From Okamejei kenojei (taxonomy: Eukaryota), in contig CM069154.1 of the NCBI GenBank assembly GCA_035221665.1, positions 5,456,001 to 5,520,000 on the forward strand: DNA of 64,000 bases, written 5' to 3'. Both the position numbers and the translations under genes were made by a program. Under the pieces are notes generated by a model. It did not search any database. It was not told the DNA's origin and worked only from the letters and a program-made list of their open reading frames with translations. Shown piece by piece: positions 52,082 through 64,000 of the stretch; the first letter of the stretch is position 1; the number at the start of each line of letters is the position of its first letter.

Positions 52082-53651
52082 GTTTTAAATCTTGTTTTTA
52101 CAAAATGCTCTGTCCTTTAGAATTATTTACCAGTGCCTTGAATTATTTGTAAATACAGACCTGTCTGTACTGTGTGGGGAGCTGATGATGAATTGCTCAA
52201 CACTCGTTAGTTCCTGTAGAGACTTCCATCAGCGGTTGTTGTCGTGTTGTGTGCAGCCAAATTGCACACAGCTCGCTCCCTGTGGAGAAGGGAGATAACT
52301 ACCTACAGCTTGCCTTGCCTTGTGGACCTCACTGAAACTTACCAAATAGTGAAAGGCTGGATAGAGTGGATGGTGGAGGATGTTTCCACTTGCGGAGAGT
52401 CTAGGATCAGAGGTCACAGCCTCAGAATTAAAGAACGTTCCTTTAGGAAGGAGATGGGGAGGAATTTCTTTAGTTAGGTGGTGAATCTGTGGAATTCATT
52501 GCTACAGAAGGCTGTGGAGGCTGTCTATAGATATTTCTAAGGCGAGATAGATCGATTCTTGATCAGTACTGGTGTTTAGGAGTCCTGGGGAGAAGACAGA
52601 AAGATAGATCAGCCATGATTGAATGGTGGAGAGTAGACTTGATGGGCCAAATGGGCTAATTCTGCTCCTAGTACTAATTAACTTATGATCTGTTCTTCAG
52701 AATTATTTACTAGCACCTTGAATTATTTTGAGCCACAGAGCAGACTACTGGGCTACGAGCTGCTAAAGATTTAAAGTGCTTGCAGACTTGTTCTTTCCTG
52801 CACTAATGACTGTTTGTGATGCTGTGCGCAGCCAAATTGCACACAGCTAACTCCCTGTAGAAATGATCCGACAGCCGGCCTTGTTGATCTTGGGTGTTGG
52901 GGTAACTCTTGCCCTGGACCAGAGAGAGTTTGCTCCACTATTCTGGTGCAAAAAACTTGATTCTCCAGGTTAAACTTTCTCAGTGACTTGACAGCAGATC
53001 AGCTAAATGCTTTACCCCTTGCATATCTCTTGACTTCCTTCCCTCGCTGACTGTTGGTCTGAAGACGGGTCTCGACCTGAAACAACTCACCCATTGCTTC
53101 TCTCCAGAGATGCCGCCTGACCCGCTGAGTTACTCCAGCATTTAGTGTCCATCAAAGACACACGGCACTCCCTCCACGCACTGCAATGGGAAATGTTGAA
53201 TCTAAATCTTATGCACATTCAAAGAAAAAACCTTGTGAGACCAGCCATTGGGAACAGATGGGCATCTCAAATGAGGAAGCACCAGAGTGACTGTCCAATT
53301 TTAGCATTTGGAGAAGTTGAGGTAATCTCTCCTGAGAAAAAAAACAGCTGCTTTACAGACTCTGCTGCTCGAGCTGTTCTCCACACTGTGCTTTCCCCAG
53401 CCTCTGAGTTCTCCTTCAAGGCATTTGTCTTGTGGCTTGTGAGCGGACCTGGGACTGATCTGATCAATGTGTCTCCATCCCAGATCCTGAATCTGCAGAG
53501 TTTCACATGTGTTAGAGTCATAGTGATACAGTTGTAGAAACAGGCCCTTCAGCCCAACTTGCCACACGGCCAAACATGTCTCAGCAACACTAGTCCACCA
53601 CCTGTCCATGTTTAGGTCAATGTCCCTACAAACCTGTCCTATCCATGTACC

Positions 53652-54632
53652 CAGGGCCGGCCTTTAAGCCGTTTGGACCGATTGCTCCCAATTGGGCCCG
53701 CGAGTAAGTGGGCCCCACGCCTCAGAGTTATCTACTCTCGGGTCTCAGGTAGATCTACACCTGGCGTGGAGGGGGGGGAGAGAGAGGGGCTCGGAGATAG
53801 AGTAGAGAGGGTGGAGGGGGAAGAAAGTGGGGTAGACGGGGGAGGGGGAACGGAGAAGGGGGAGAAGGGGGGGGAGAGGGGGAGGTGGGTCGTTTGCTCA
53901 CTGGCAGCGCTCCCGCCCTTCCTGAGTCGCCGTGCTTCCCAGTCACAGCCCCAGCTCCACCCCTCTCTCTCCCCGGGGAGAGATGCGTGTGTGAACAATA
54001 CAGGGGAGGGCGGGCCGGGGGTTGGAGCGACGTTTACAAACATCGGACCCTCAGCTCACACCCATCCGCCTGGACCCCGGGACCTCAGCTCCCGACCACG
54101 GGCCCTCTCCCATCCCTTCTCTCCTTCCCTCCCACACACACATCATGCACAGACAACTAACACACACAACTAAGTTAGGATGGTGGTAGAAGCCCAAAGG
54201 GTAGGATGGGGCTGAAGCCCAAAATCTAATGCCTGGATTGGGTTTTCACCAATGGTTATTGGTTTTCCGCGAGGATCTATTTATTAAAGTTACTTTTTTT
54301 TTAATCATTTCACAGTCACAAAAACATGTGGTATTGTAACTATGTAGCTTTTCAGAGGTGATCTACACATTTTGTTTGTTACTTGTAGGCTTACACGTAT
54401 GCTCTTAAATTTTATAATTAAAATGTAGAGCGTTAGATCAGTTTGGTCCCATTTAAGTCGCATGCACTTTTTAAGTGCAAATGTTGATTGTACTTTGGCA
54501 TTCTACCATAGAGATATGAAGTCCAGAATAGACTTTAATTATATTTCTATGAATCTAGACCTTGGCTGGGAACCTGGGGCTCACCAAAAATCGTTACCAC
54601 TTGGGCCCCACAACTCCTAAGGCCGGCCCTTG
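53652..54632. mobile_element. hAT-type MITE, copy 3
   Basis: catgtacc|cagggccggcc ... ggccggcccttg. Confidence 0.8.
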
Positions 54633-56200
54633 CATTGTACCTGTCTAACTGTTTCTTAAATGATGGGATAGTCCCTGCCTCAATTACCTCCTCTGGCAGC
54701 TTCATCCATACACCCACCCAGCCTTTGTTGTGAAAAGACACATCATAATTATTCCAGGTGGACGTGGAGTTTGAAACATCAGTGGCAGATCCAGCTTCCT
54801 CCACAGGCCGGGAAGTTTAGTTCAATGGGGCACAAAGTGCTGGCATATAACTCAGTAGGTCAGGCAGTATCTCATGGTCTTTACTTGAAATGGTCACCTA
54901 TCCATGTTCTTCCACAGATTGCTGCCTGACCTGCTGAGTCACCACTGGCATCACAGGCAGCTGGCTATTCAGCTTTAGTAAAGCACAAAAGTGCTGGAGT
55001 AAGGCAGCAGGGCAGGCAGCAAATCTCTGGAGAACATCGATAGGTGACGTTTTGGGTTGAGACCTGAATTAGGGGAAGGCCAGATGAGGAAAAACCTTTT
55101 TCACCAGAGTTGTGAATCTGTAGAATTCTTTGCCACAGAGGGCAGTGGAGGCCAATTCAACTGGATGTATTCAAGAGAGAGTTAGATATAGCTCTTAGGG
55201 CTAATGAAAATCATGGGATTAGGGGGAGCAAGCAGAACAAGGTACTGATTTTGGATGATCAGCCATGAACAGTCTGACCTTGGTTCACAAAACATCGCAT
55301 CACTAGTAAAGAGAGCGCAGCAGCGTTTTGCACTTTCTGCGCCGGATGAGAAGAGCTCACCTCCCCATCCCGTCCTCACCACTTTCTACAGGGGCACCAT
55401 AGAGAGCATTGTGACCAGCTGCATCTGTCTGGTTTGGGGACTGCAAAGCCTCCGACTGGAAGTCCGTGCAGAGAGTGGTGAGGGACGGCTGAAAAAATCA
55501 TCGGGACTTCTCTTCCTTCAATCCGGGACATTGCGCGCAAACGTTTGCTTGTCCAAGGCCAACAGCATTATAAAAGACCCCACACATCTCCATCATGGAC
55601 TGTTCACTCTGCTTGCCCTCGGGCAAAAGGTATCGCAGTATAAGGAGCAGAACGGGCCAGGTTCTGCAACAGCCTCGTTCCCCAGAGCCATCAGACTCTT
55701 GAATTCCATTGTTAATGTGCCGCCACTATTATCTATTTTATCTTTTTATCTATTTGATCTTTTTTTATATTTTATCCTTTTGTTATTTTATGTTACACGG
55801 TGAGGCCAGATGCAACGAAATTTCATTCCAACTTGCATTTGTTGGTGTTATTTTTGAATGACAATAAAGTCTTTGATTGAAAATCATATTGAATGGCAGT
55901 GCGCTGGCTCGAAGGGTGCCGAATTGCCTACTCCTGCGCCTATATTCTATGGTGTATACTTTCTTATGAATCGTTACCTATCACTTTCTCCAGAGATAGT
56001 TCCTGACCCGTTGAGTTACTCCAGCCACTTTGAGTCCTTTTGTGTGTATTAAACCAGCATCTGCAGTTCCTTGTTTCTACTAGTTCAATGGGGATGTGGG
56101 TTGTAGTGAGATTGAACACTATTGTAGTGTGATTGAAAAACCCGTCGGTTTCTCCAGAGATGCTGCCTTGTCCCGCTGAGTTGTGGCATACTCCAGCCTC

Positions 56201-59200
56201 TTACATAAGAAACATAGAAACATAGAAATTAGGTGCAGGAGTAGGCCATTCAGCCCTTCGAGCCTGCACCGCCATTCAATATGATCATGGCTGATCCATC
56301 CAACTCAGTATCCCGTACCTGCCTTCTCTCCCATACCCTTGATCCCCTTAGCCACACAAGGGCCACATCCAACTCACTCTTAAAAATATAGCCAATTTGG
56401 AAAGTGGCCTCAACTACCCTCTGTGGCAGAGAGTTCCAGAGACTCACCACCCTCTGTGTGAAGAAAGTCTTTCTCATCTCGGTCTTAAAGGATTTCCCCC
56501 TTATCCTTAAGCTGTGGACCCCTTGTCCTGACTTCCCCAACATCGGGAAACAATCTTCCTGCATCTAGCCTGTCCAACCCCTTAAGAATTTTATGTAAGT
56601 TTTCTCTGTATAAGATCCCTCTTAATCTCCTAAAATTCCAGAGAGTATAATCCGAGAGTCTATCCAGTCTTTCTTCATAAGACAGTCCTGACATCCAGGA
56701 ATCAGTCTGGTGACCTTCTTTGCACTCCCCTCTATGGCAATAAATGTCCTTCCTCAGGATTTGGAGACCAAAAACTGCACGCAATACTCCAGGTGTGGTC
56801 TCACCAAGACCCTGTACAACTGAAACGTGTGAACCTCCCTGCTCCTGTACTCAAATCCTTTTGCTAGAAAGCTAACATACCATTCGCTTTTTTCACTGCC
56901 TGCTGCACTGCATGCCTACTTTCAATGACTGGTGTACCATTGGACACCCAGGTCTCGCTGCATCTCCCTTTTCCTAATCGGCCACCATTTAAATAATAGT
57001 CTGCCTTTCCTGTTTTTGCCACCAAAGTGGATAACCTCACATTTATCCACATTATACTGCATCTGCCAAACATTTGCCCACTCACCCAGCTATCCAAGAA
57101 GTTACCCTTTGCAGTCTCCTAGCCATCCTCCTATCAGCGAACACTGCCCCCCAGCTTAGTGTCATCCGCAAACTTGGAGATATTGCCTTCAATTCCTCAT
57201 CCAGATCATTAATATATATTGTAAATAGCTGGGGGTCCCAGCACTGAGCCTGCGGTACCCCACTAGTTACTGCCTGCCCATTGTGAAAAGGAACCCGTTT
57301 ACTCCTACTCTTTTTACTTCCTGTTTGCCAGCCAGTTCTCTATCCACATCAATACTGAACCCTAATACCGTATGCTTTAAGTTTGTTATACTAATCTCTT
57401 GATGTGGGACCTTGTCGAAAGCCTTCTGGTAAGTCCAGATATACCACATCCACTGGTTCTCCCTTATCCACGCTACTGTTACATCCTCGAAAAATTCCAC
57501 AAGATTCGTCAGACTATGATTTACCTTTTGTAAATCCGATGCTGAGAAACTTTGTCCAATGATTTCACCACTTTCAAATGTGCTGCTATCCCATCTTTAA
57601 TAAATGACACTAGCAGTTTCCCCACTACCGATGTTAGACTAATGGTCTGTAATTCCCCGTTTTCTCTCTCCCTCCCTTCTTAAAAAGAGGGTTACATTTG
57701 CTACCCGCCAATCCTCAGGAACTACTCCAGAATCTAAAGAGTTTTGAAAGATTATCTAATGCAATCCACTATTTCCTGAGCTACTTCCTTAAGTACTCTG
57801 GGATGCAGCCTATCTGGCCCTGGGGATTTATCGGCCTTATTCTATTCAATTTACCCAACACCACTTCCCGACTGACATGGATTTCACTCAATTCCTCCTT
57901 TGACCCACAGTCCCCTGCTATTTCAGGCAGATTATTTATGTTTTCCTTAGTGAAGACGGAAACCAAAGTAGTTATTCAATTGGTCGCCGCCATATCCTTG
58001 TTCCCCATGATCAACTCACCTGTTTCTGACTGCAAGGGACTACATTTGTTTTAATAACCTCTTTCTCTTCACATATCTATAAAAACTTTTGCAGTCGAGT
58101 TTTTATGTTCCCTGCCATGTTCTCTTTCATAATCTATTTTTCCTTTCCTAATTTAAGCCCTTTGTCCTCCTCTGCTGGTCTCTGGAATTTCTCCCAAGTC
58201 CTCTGGTATGCTGCTTTTTCTGGCTACTTTGTACGCATCATCCTTTGCTTGATACTATCCCTGATTCCCGTTGTTATCCACGGATGCACTACCTTCCCGA
58301 TTTATTTCTTTTGCCAAAACTGGGATGAACAGAATTTTTGTAGTTTTCATCCATGCAGTCTTTAAAAATGTTCTTCCATTGTATTATCCACCGTCAAGAC
58401 CCTTTTAGAATTAATTGCCAGTCAATCTTGGCCAATTCACGTTCATACCGCCTCAAAAGTTAACCTTTCTTTAAGTTCAGAACCATTGTTTTGTCTGAAT
58501 TAACAATGTCGCTCTCCATCTCCTGAATGGAGAACTCAACCATATTATGGTCACTCTTGCCCAAGGGGGCACGTACAACAAGACGGCTAATTACCCCCTT
58601 CCTCATTACTCAAAACCCAGTCTAAAATAGCCTTGCTCTCTCGTTGGTTCCTCTACATGTTGATTTAGATAACTATCCGACCATAATTCCAAAAAAATCC
58701 TCTTCCTCAGCACCCCTGCCAAATTTGATTAGATCCCAATCTATATGTAGATTGAAGTCACCCATTATAACTGTTTTGCCTTTGTCGCACGCATTTCTAA
58801 TTTCCTGTTTGATACCATCCCCAACTTCTCTGCTACTGTTAGGTGGCCTGTACACAACACCCACCAGCGTTTTCTGCCCTTAGTGTTTTGTAGCTCTACC
58901 CATACCGATTCCACATCCTCCAAGCTAAGTCCTTCCTTTTCCATTGCTTTAAATGGTGGCCGATTGAGGAAAAGGGGAGATGCAGCGAGACCTGGGTGTC
59001 ATGGTACACCAGTCATTGGAAAAGTAGGCATGCAGGTGCAGCAGGCAGTGAAAAAAAGCGAATGGTTATGTTAGCTTTCATAGCAAAAGGATTTGTGTTT
59101 ATAGGAGCAGGGAGGTTCTACTTCAACAACGTTGTAACAGGGTTTACTTTTTTGAAGACCACACCTGGAGTATTGCCGTGCAGTTTTTGGTCTCCAATCT

Positions 59201-60839
59201 TGAGGAAAGCGTACATTATTGCCATAGAGGGAGTGCAGGAGAAGGTTCACCAGACATGATTCCTGCGGGTAAGGGGTTTATGAAGAAAGACTGGATATAG
59301 ACTCTCGGTTTATTACTCTTGGAAAGTTAGTGAGATTAAGAGGGGATCTTATAGAAACTTACAAAATTCTTAAGGGGTTGGACAGGTAAGATGCAGGAAG
59401 ATTGTTCCCGATGTTGGGGAAGTCCTAGGACAAGGGGTCACAAGCTTTAAGGATAAGGGGGAAAATCCTTTAAGACGAGATGAGAAAGGACTTTCTTCAC
59501 ACAGAGGTGGTGAGTCTCTGGAACTCTCTGCCACAGATGGGTAGTTTGAGGCCAGTCATTGGTATATTTAAAGAGAGTTGGATGTGGGCCCTTGTGGCTA
59601 AGGGGATCAGAGGGTATGGAGAGAAGGCAGGTACGGGAGTACTGAGTTGGATGATCCAGCCATGATCATATGGAAATGGCGGTGACAGGCTTTCGAAGGG
59701 CTGAATGGCCTTACTCCTGCACCTAATTTTCTATTGTTTCTATGTTTCTATGTTTTAATTCGCATCTCTAACCAGCAAACGCTAGCTTCCACCTTCGCCT
59801 TTTCGTTTCCTCTCTTATCCCTCCTGCTATTGAATATAGCCTGGATGTTCAGCTCCCAGCCTACGTCTCCCTGGAGCCCATGTCTCGTGATCCCAACTTA
59901 TATAATCATTAAATCTATCTGCACGTTCAATAACTCGTCCACCTTATTGTACGAATACTCCTTTGCATTGAGACACAAAGCCTTCGAGCCTGGTCTTTAT
60001 CAAGGCATTTATCCTTATACAATTTGGCTGAAAGTGTGGCCCTTTTGGATTTATAGCCCTGGTTTTGGTCTGCCTGCCCACTGTTACCTTATTCACCTTG
60101 CTACTAATGCTTCTACCCTCATTTTACACCCTTCCTGCCTCTCTGCTCTTGTACCATCCCCCTGCCACGAGTATTTAATCCTCCCGACAGCACTAGCAAA
60201 CACTTCGCCCAAAGAACATTGGTTCCCTTCCATTTCCAGGTGCAAACCGTCCTGTTGTGATACCGGTCCCTCCACCTCCCCCAGAACTGGTGCCAAGTGC
60301 CCTAAAATTTGATCCTCCCCCTATTGCCCACACATTTCACGCCAACTAATTCATATGCTATTAATCCTTTCCTATGCTACTCTGACTGGCCGTTGTGTTA
60401 CTGGAAGTAATCCGGAGGATTACTACCGTTGATGGTTCCTATTTTAAGTTTATCGTCCTAGCTCCTAAAATTCACCTTGTAGGACCTCATCCCTTTTTTT
60501 ACCTATATCGTTGGTGCCAATCATGCACCACGACAATGCTTGTTCACCCTCCCCTCCAGAAATGTTCTGCAGCCGTTCAGTGACATACCTGACCTTTGCC
60601 ACCAGGGAGGCAACAGCCATCCTGGAGTCTCTTTTGCGGGCCGCAAGAAACGCGCCTATCTATTCCCTGACAATTGAAATCCCTATTACTATTGCCCTTC
60701 CCTCTTTTTTCCCCCCTATGTGCTGCAGAGCACCCATGGTGCAGTGAACCTGGCCTGCTGCTGCTATTCCTGATGAGCCATCTCCCTCAACAGTATCCAA
60801 AATGTATACCTGTTTAGGAGGGAGATGACCGCAGGGGAC
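56201..60839 (-). mobile_element. Long CR1 LINE (ORF1 esterase-like region plus ORF2), private to copy 3
   Basis: (TTCTATGT)n tail at about 56205; EN motifs GVVYRPPN and GDFN (58673-58864); DGLHL (60093-60296). The empty site is at 2380-2400 and 26130-26150. Confidence 0.85.
58948..59755 (+). mobile_element. CR1 3' fragment nested in opposite orientation inside the long CR1
   Basis: Reverse complement of about 56205-56995, ending in (ttctatgt)n. Confidence 0.75.
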
Positions 60840-60956
60840 TCTTTGTGTTCGCTATCTTTGGTGTAAACCAGCCACCTGCGTTCCTTGCTGCACTGATCCT
60901 TTGCGAAACCTATGAAAGCTGTCCGAACAGCACAAATTACTGTTTTTTTATTGTTA

Positions 60957-62130
60957 ACAACCAACACAACCCAGCCAGACCACAGTCTACAGAAGAATGG
61001 ACCCGCATCCTCTCCTTCCCATTCACCACTTCACACTACTTAAGGCAAGAATCCAGTATGAAAATACTTTGTCACTTTCACACCCCACTCACCAGAAAAG
61101 ACTGGGGCCTTCTACGCCCACCCTCCTCCAATCACCACTTCCACCAAATCACCACACCCTCTGTCACTTATCAAATATCAACAATAAAAATAGAGGAGGA
61201 GGGAGAGGCATTTCAGAGGACAAAAAAAGCGGAAATCTCCAGGACATTGACAATGTTTCCCCCTCGAACGAATAAGCTCTGGCTGCAAAACAGGCTGGCC
61301 GGTCTAGACACAGTACATTTTAAACCAGTCCCTGCAAAATGTTACTGTCACTGCCTGCTTCAAAGTCTTCCACTATTGTCATGCACCAAAAAGGCAAGGA
61401 TTACTTGTTTAATGACTACAGGCCTGTCACATGGACCCTCTGTAGTCATGAAAGACACTCTCGAAAGTGCATATTTGTGCTGGCCAAGCTGAAAAATTAT
61501 CACAAACCCACACTTCTGGACCGCCTCTGCAATTTGCATTCTGGGCCAATAGATCTTTGGATGATGCAGTCAAACCTGGGCCTGCACTTCATCCGCTAGA
61601 CCACCAGGGGACTATGCGAGGATCCTTGTTTATTGATTTTAGCTCTGCATTCGAAACACCATTGTGACCAGAGCTACTACACTCCAAAACTTTCAAGATT
61701 TGACTGTGCTGGCTGAACCCTCTGTCGGTGGATCACCAGCATCCTGACAGACAGGAAAGCAGCATGTGAGGCTGGGAAAGCACATCTCGGACCCCCAAAA
61801 GCTCAGCTAGAGGCACCGCAAGGCTGGTACTCTCCTCTCCTTACTCCTCTCTGCAATCATGTGACTGCACCTCTACAGACTCCTCTGCCAAAAACTTCCA
61901 AGTTTGCGGGATGATGACAACTGATGGGACTGAATCCAGGATGGGGAAGGAATCTGCTTACAGACAGGACAAAAAAAAAGTTTATTTTTGGCCACTGCTG
62001 TCATCCTGGTGCCGTAGCAACATACCTAGATGCTCAATGCTCTTACGACAGTGGAATTGATTGTAGATTTAGGAAGAGCTTCCACCCTCCCCTCATTCAC
62101 TCCACCATCGCAACACCACAGTCACAACTG
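60957..62130 (+). mobile_element. Rex1/Babar LINE, copy 3 (indel-ridden, runs into gap)
   Basis: Co-linear with 26256-27370. Confidence 0.8.
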
Positions 62131-62155
62131 ATTCTTTACTATACCTAACATTTAA

Positions 62156-62655
62156 NNNNNNNNNNNNNNNNNNNNNNNNNNNNNNNNNNNNNNNNNNNNN
62201 NNNNNNNNNNNNNNNNNNNNNNNNNNNNNNNNNNNNNNNNNNNNNNNNNNNNNNNNNNNNNNNNNNNNNNNNNNNNNNNNNNNNNNNNNNNNNNNNNNNN
62301 NNNNNNNNNNNNNNNNNNNNNNNNNNNNNNNNNNNNNNNNNNNNNNNNNNNNNNNNNNNNNNNNNNNNNNNNNNNNNNNNNNNNNNNNNNNNNNNNNNNN
62401 NNNNNNNNNNNNNNNNNNNNNNNNNNNNNNNNNNNNNNNNNNNNNNNNNNNNNNNNNNNNNNNNNNNNNNNNNNNNNNNNNNNNNNNNNNNNNNNNNNNN
62501 NNNNNNNNNNNNNNNNNNNNNNNNNNNNNNNNNNNNNNNNNNNNNNNNNNNNNNNNNNNNNNNNNNNNNNNNNNNNNNNNNNNNNNNNNNNNNNNNNNNN
62601 NNNNNNNNNNNNNNNNNNNNNNNNNNNNNNNNNNNNNNNNNNNNNNNNNNNNNNN
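62156..62655. other. Assembly gap (500 N)
   Basis: Run of N. Confidence 1.
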
Positions 62656-62980
62656 CACGTGACTCCAAGTAAAATAGCAAGATTAACGAGAACTTTACCA
62701 ATTTGAAGTTTGATCTTCATTTTATTGAGTTTACGATGAGGGATTACTCATCTGTTTTATGAGGCCCTCCGCTCCCAACCCCCCTCCTCTAAAACCAGCT
62801 GTATTCTCATTTCTTCAATCTTACATTCTCAGGTTATGTTCCTGTCTATGACTCCACACCGCTGCTTTGAAGGTTGACGCGCATGCGCGGCTGACGGTTC
62901 TCTTCAACGTAAACCCACATCGAAACTCTCATAAAATAAAGATCAAACTTCAAACTGGTAAGTTCTCATTAAATCATACA
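62656..62980 (+). mobile_element. DIRS 3' end (ICR plus right terminus)
   Basis: cacgtgactccaagtaaaatagcaagattaacgagaac..., with its inverted partner ...gatcaaacttcaaactggtaagttctcattaaatc, is similar to the 31377-31719 structure. Confidence 0.75.
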
Positions 62981-63109
62981 CTACACATGGCAACCATAGA
63001 ATCTGAAGATGCATAGTATTCATACCAATTCATTCACCCCAATACAGTCAGATACTTGAATTTAGTTTGGATGAAGACAACTGTGGCAATTTAAAGCTTT
63101 GCCCAATGG

Positions 63110-63960
63110 GTTAACCTCACCCTCGGTAATATTACAAAATTGTGAAACCAGCATTACAATCGCATGTAATGGCAAGATTAGATGATGTACTGATCCAAGG
63201 CAAAACTCAGGAAGCAGCTGAGGAATCGGTTAGTTACCATACACCTGTTTGAGAGGTTAGGATTACTCATCCATACCAACTAAATCCAAATTAGTACCAT
63301 CAAGAATGGATTGACTATTGGGGGGTTCCTCATTGATTTCAACTAACATTCAGTGACTTTGCCTACAGCCCAAAACTGCGAGACAAATAATGGAGCCTGA
63401 AGATCTGGTAGATGAACAACAACCGCTCCAACTGATGAGTAGCCATGTTATTATGTAAATTTAGTTGGTGGTTTTCCCTGGATTGCAGTTCGCAGACCGA
63501 TGCACTATCAGAATGTGCAACGAGCTAATGAACAAGCACTGAAAGAACATGCTGGTCATTTCCAATAGACCATATTGCAGTTGTCAGCCGGAAGCTATCG
63601 CCGTTTGCACAATGGGGGTAACTAATTTCTCAACAATGTAAACTAGAGACATTCTGACTCAACCACCTTCAGTTTTTACAAACTAATGTGTGTGCTTCAG
63701 ATGGGGAGCCACTGAAACCAAGTCTAGGCTGCGGCGGCAGAGATGGGGTGTGGCAAGAGGCTTAATCCTGCAGAGGCATGAAAAACTACGTAAATTGCTG
63801 TCTTTCTATGGCCTAAAAAAAAAAAATAAAGCATTACTGCTCAACAATGCATGAATACATTTCAGCTTCCAGACTTGAACAATACCACAGCTGTTGCATA
63901 TATCAATCACATGGGTGGAATTAGGTCATTATCATTGACAATCTGGCTAACTTCATTGGC
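63110..63960 (+). mobile_element. Degraded DIRS RT/RNase H fragment
   Basis: LDD-like motif near 63180 and NTTAVAYINHMGG near 63880-63920, with many indels. Confidence 0.65.
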
Positions 63961-64000
63961 AACTGTGGAAAAAAATTAAAAAAAAAAAAAAAAAAAAAAA

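Larger units (their letters stand above)
48470..62155 (+). repeat. Segmental duplication copy 3 (upstream region, leader and intron 1; truncated by gap)
   Basis: Co-linear with 18330-27370, and many scattered 1-bp indels increase towards the gap. Confidence 0.9.

Noticed and set aside
56205-59755. About 800-bp inverted repeat suggesting a large TIR element
   Set aside because: It is explained by a second CR1 3' end inserted in the opposite orientation within a CR1.
62093-62720. ORFs spanning X runs
   Set aside because: Artefacts of the N gap.

Overview
Repeat-rich vertebrate DNA; the SINE and CR1 families suggest a cartilaginous fish such as a skate or ray (inference). The core is a head-to-tail tandem array, with periods of about 24 and 30 kb, of a + strand spliced immune-receptor gene of the CD300/pIgR/TREM (skate MDIR-like) type. 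The ORF track shows the gene only in pieces. Splice sites and intron phases give this structure: signal-peptide exon > Ig V exon A > Ig V exon B > Ser/Thr mucin stalk > TM exon with an intramembrane Arg > uncertain tail exon. Gene 1 has its leader outside the window and a 1-bp frameshift in exon A. Gene 2 (22932-39300+) is open through the TM exon. Gene 3 has only its leader and first intron before a 500-N gap, in low-quality sequence. All four V domains have lost the family's second (CX7C) disulfide. Differences between paralogs are almost all non-synonymous, and the two genes have unrelated 3' regions. The introns hold datable, nested insertions: Rex1/Babar, L1/Tx1, CR1, an RTE-X-like LINE, an IR/DR Tc1, a hAT MITE, a solo LTR and a near-complete DIRS tyrosine-recombinase retrotransposon whose crossover core can be read directly.
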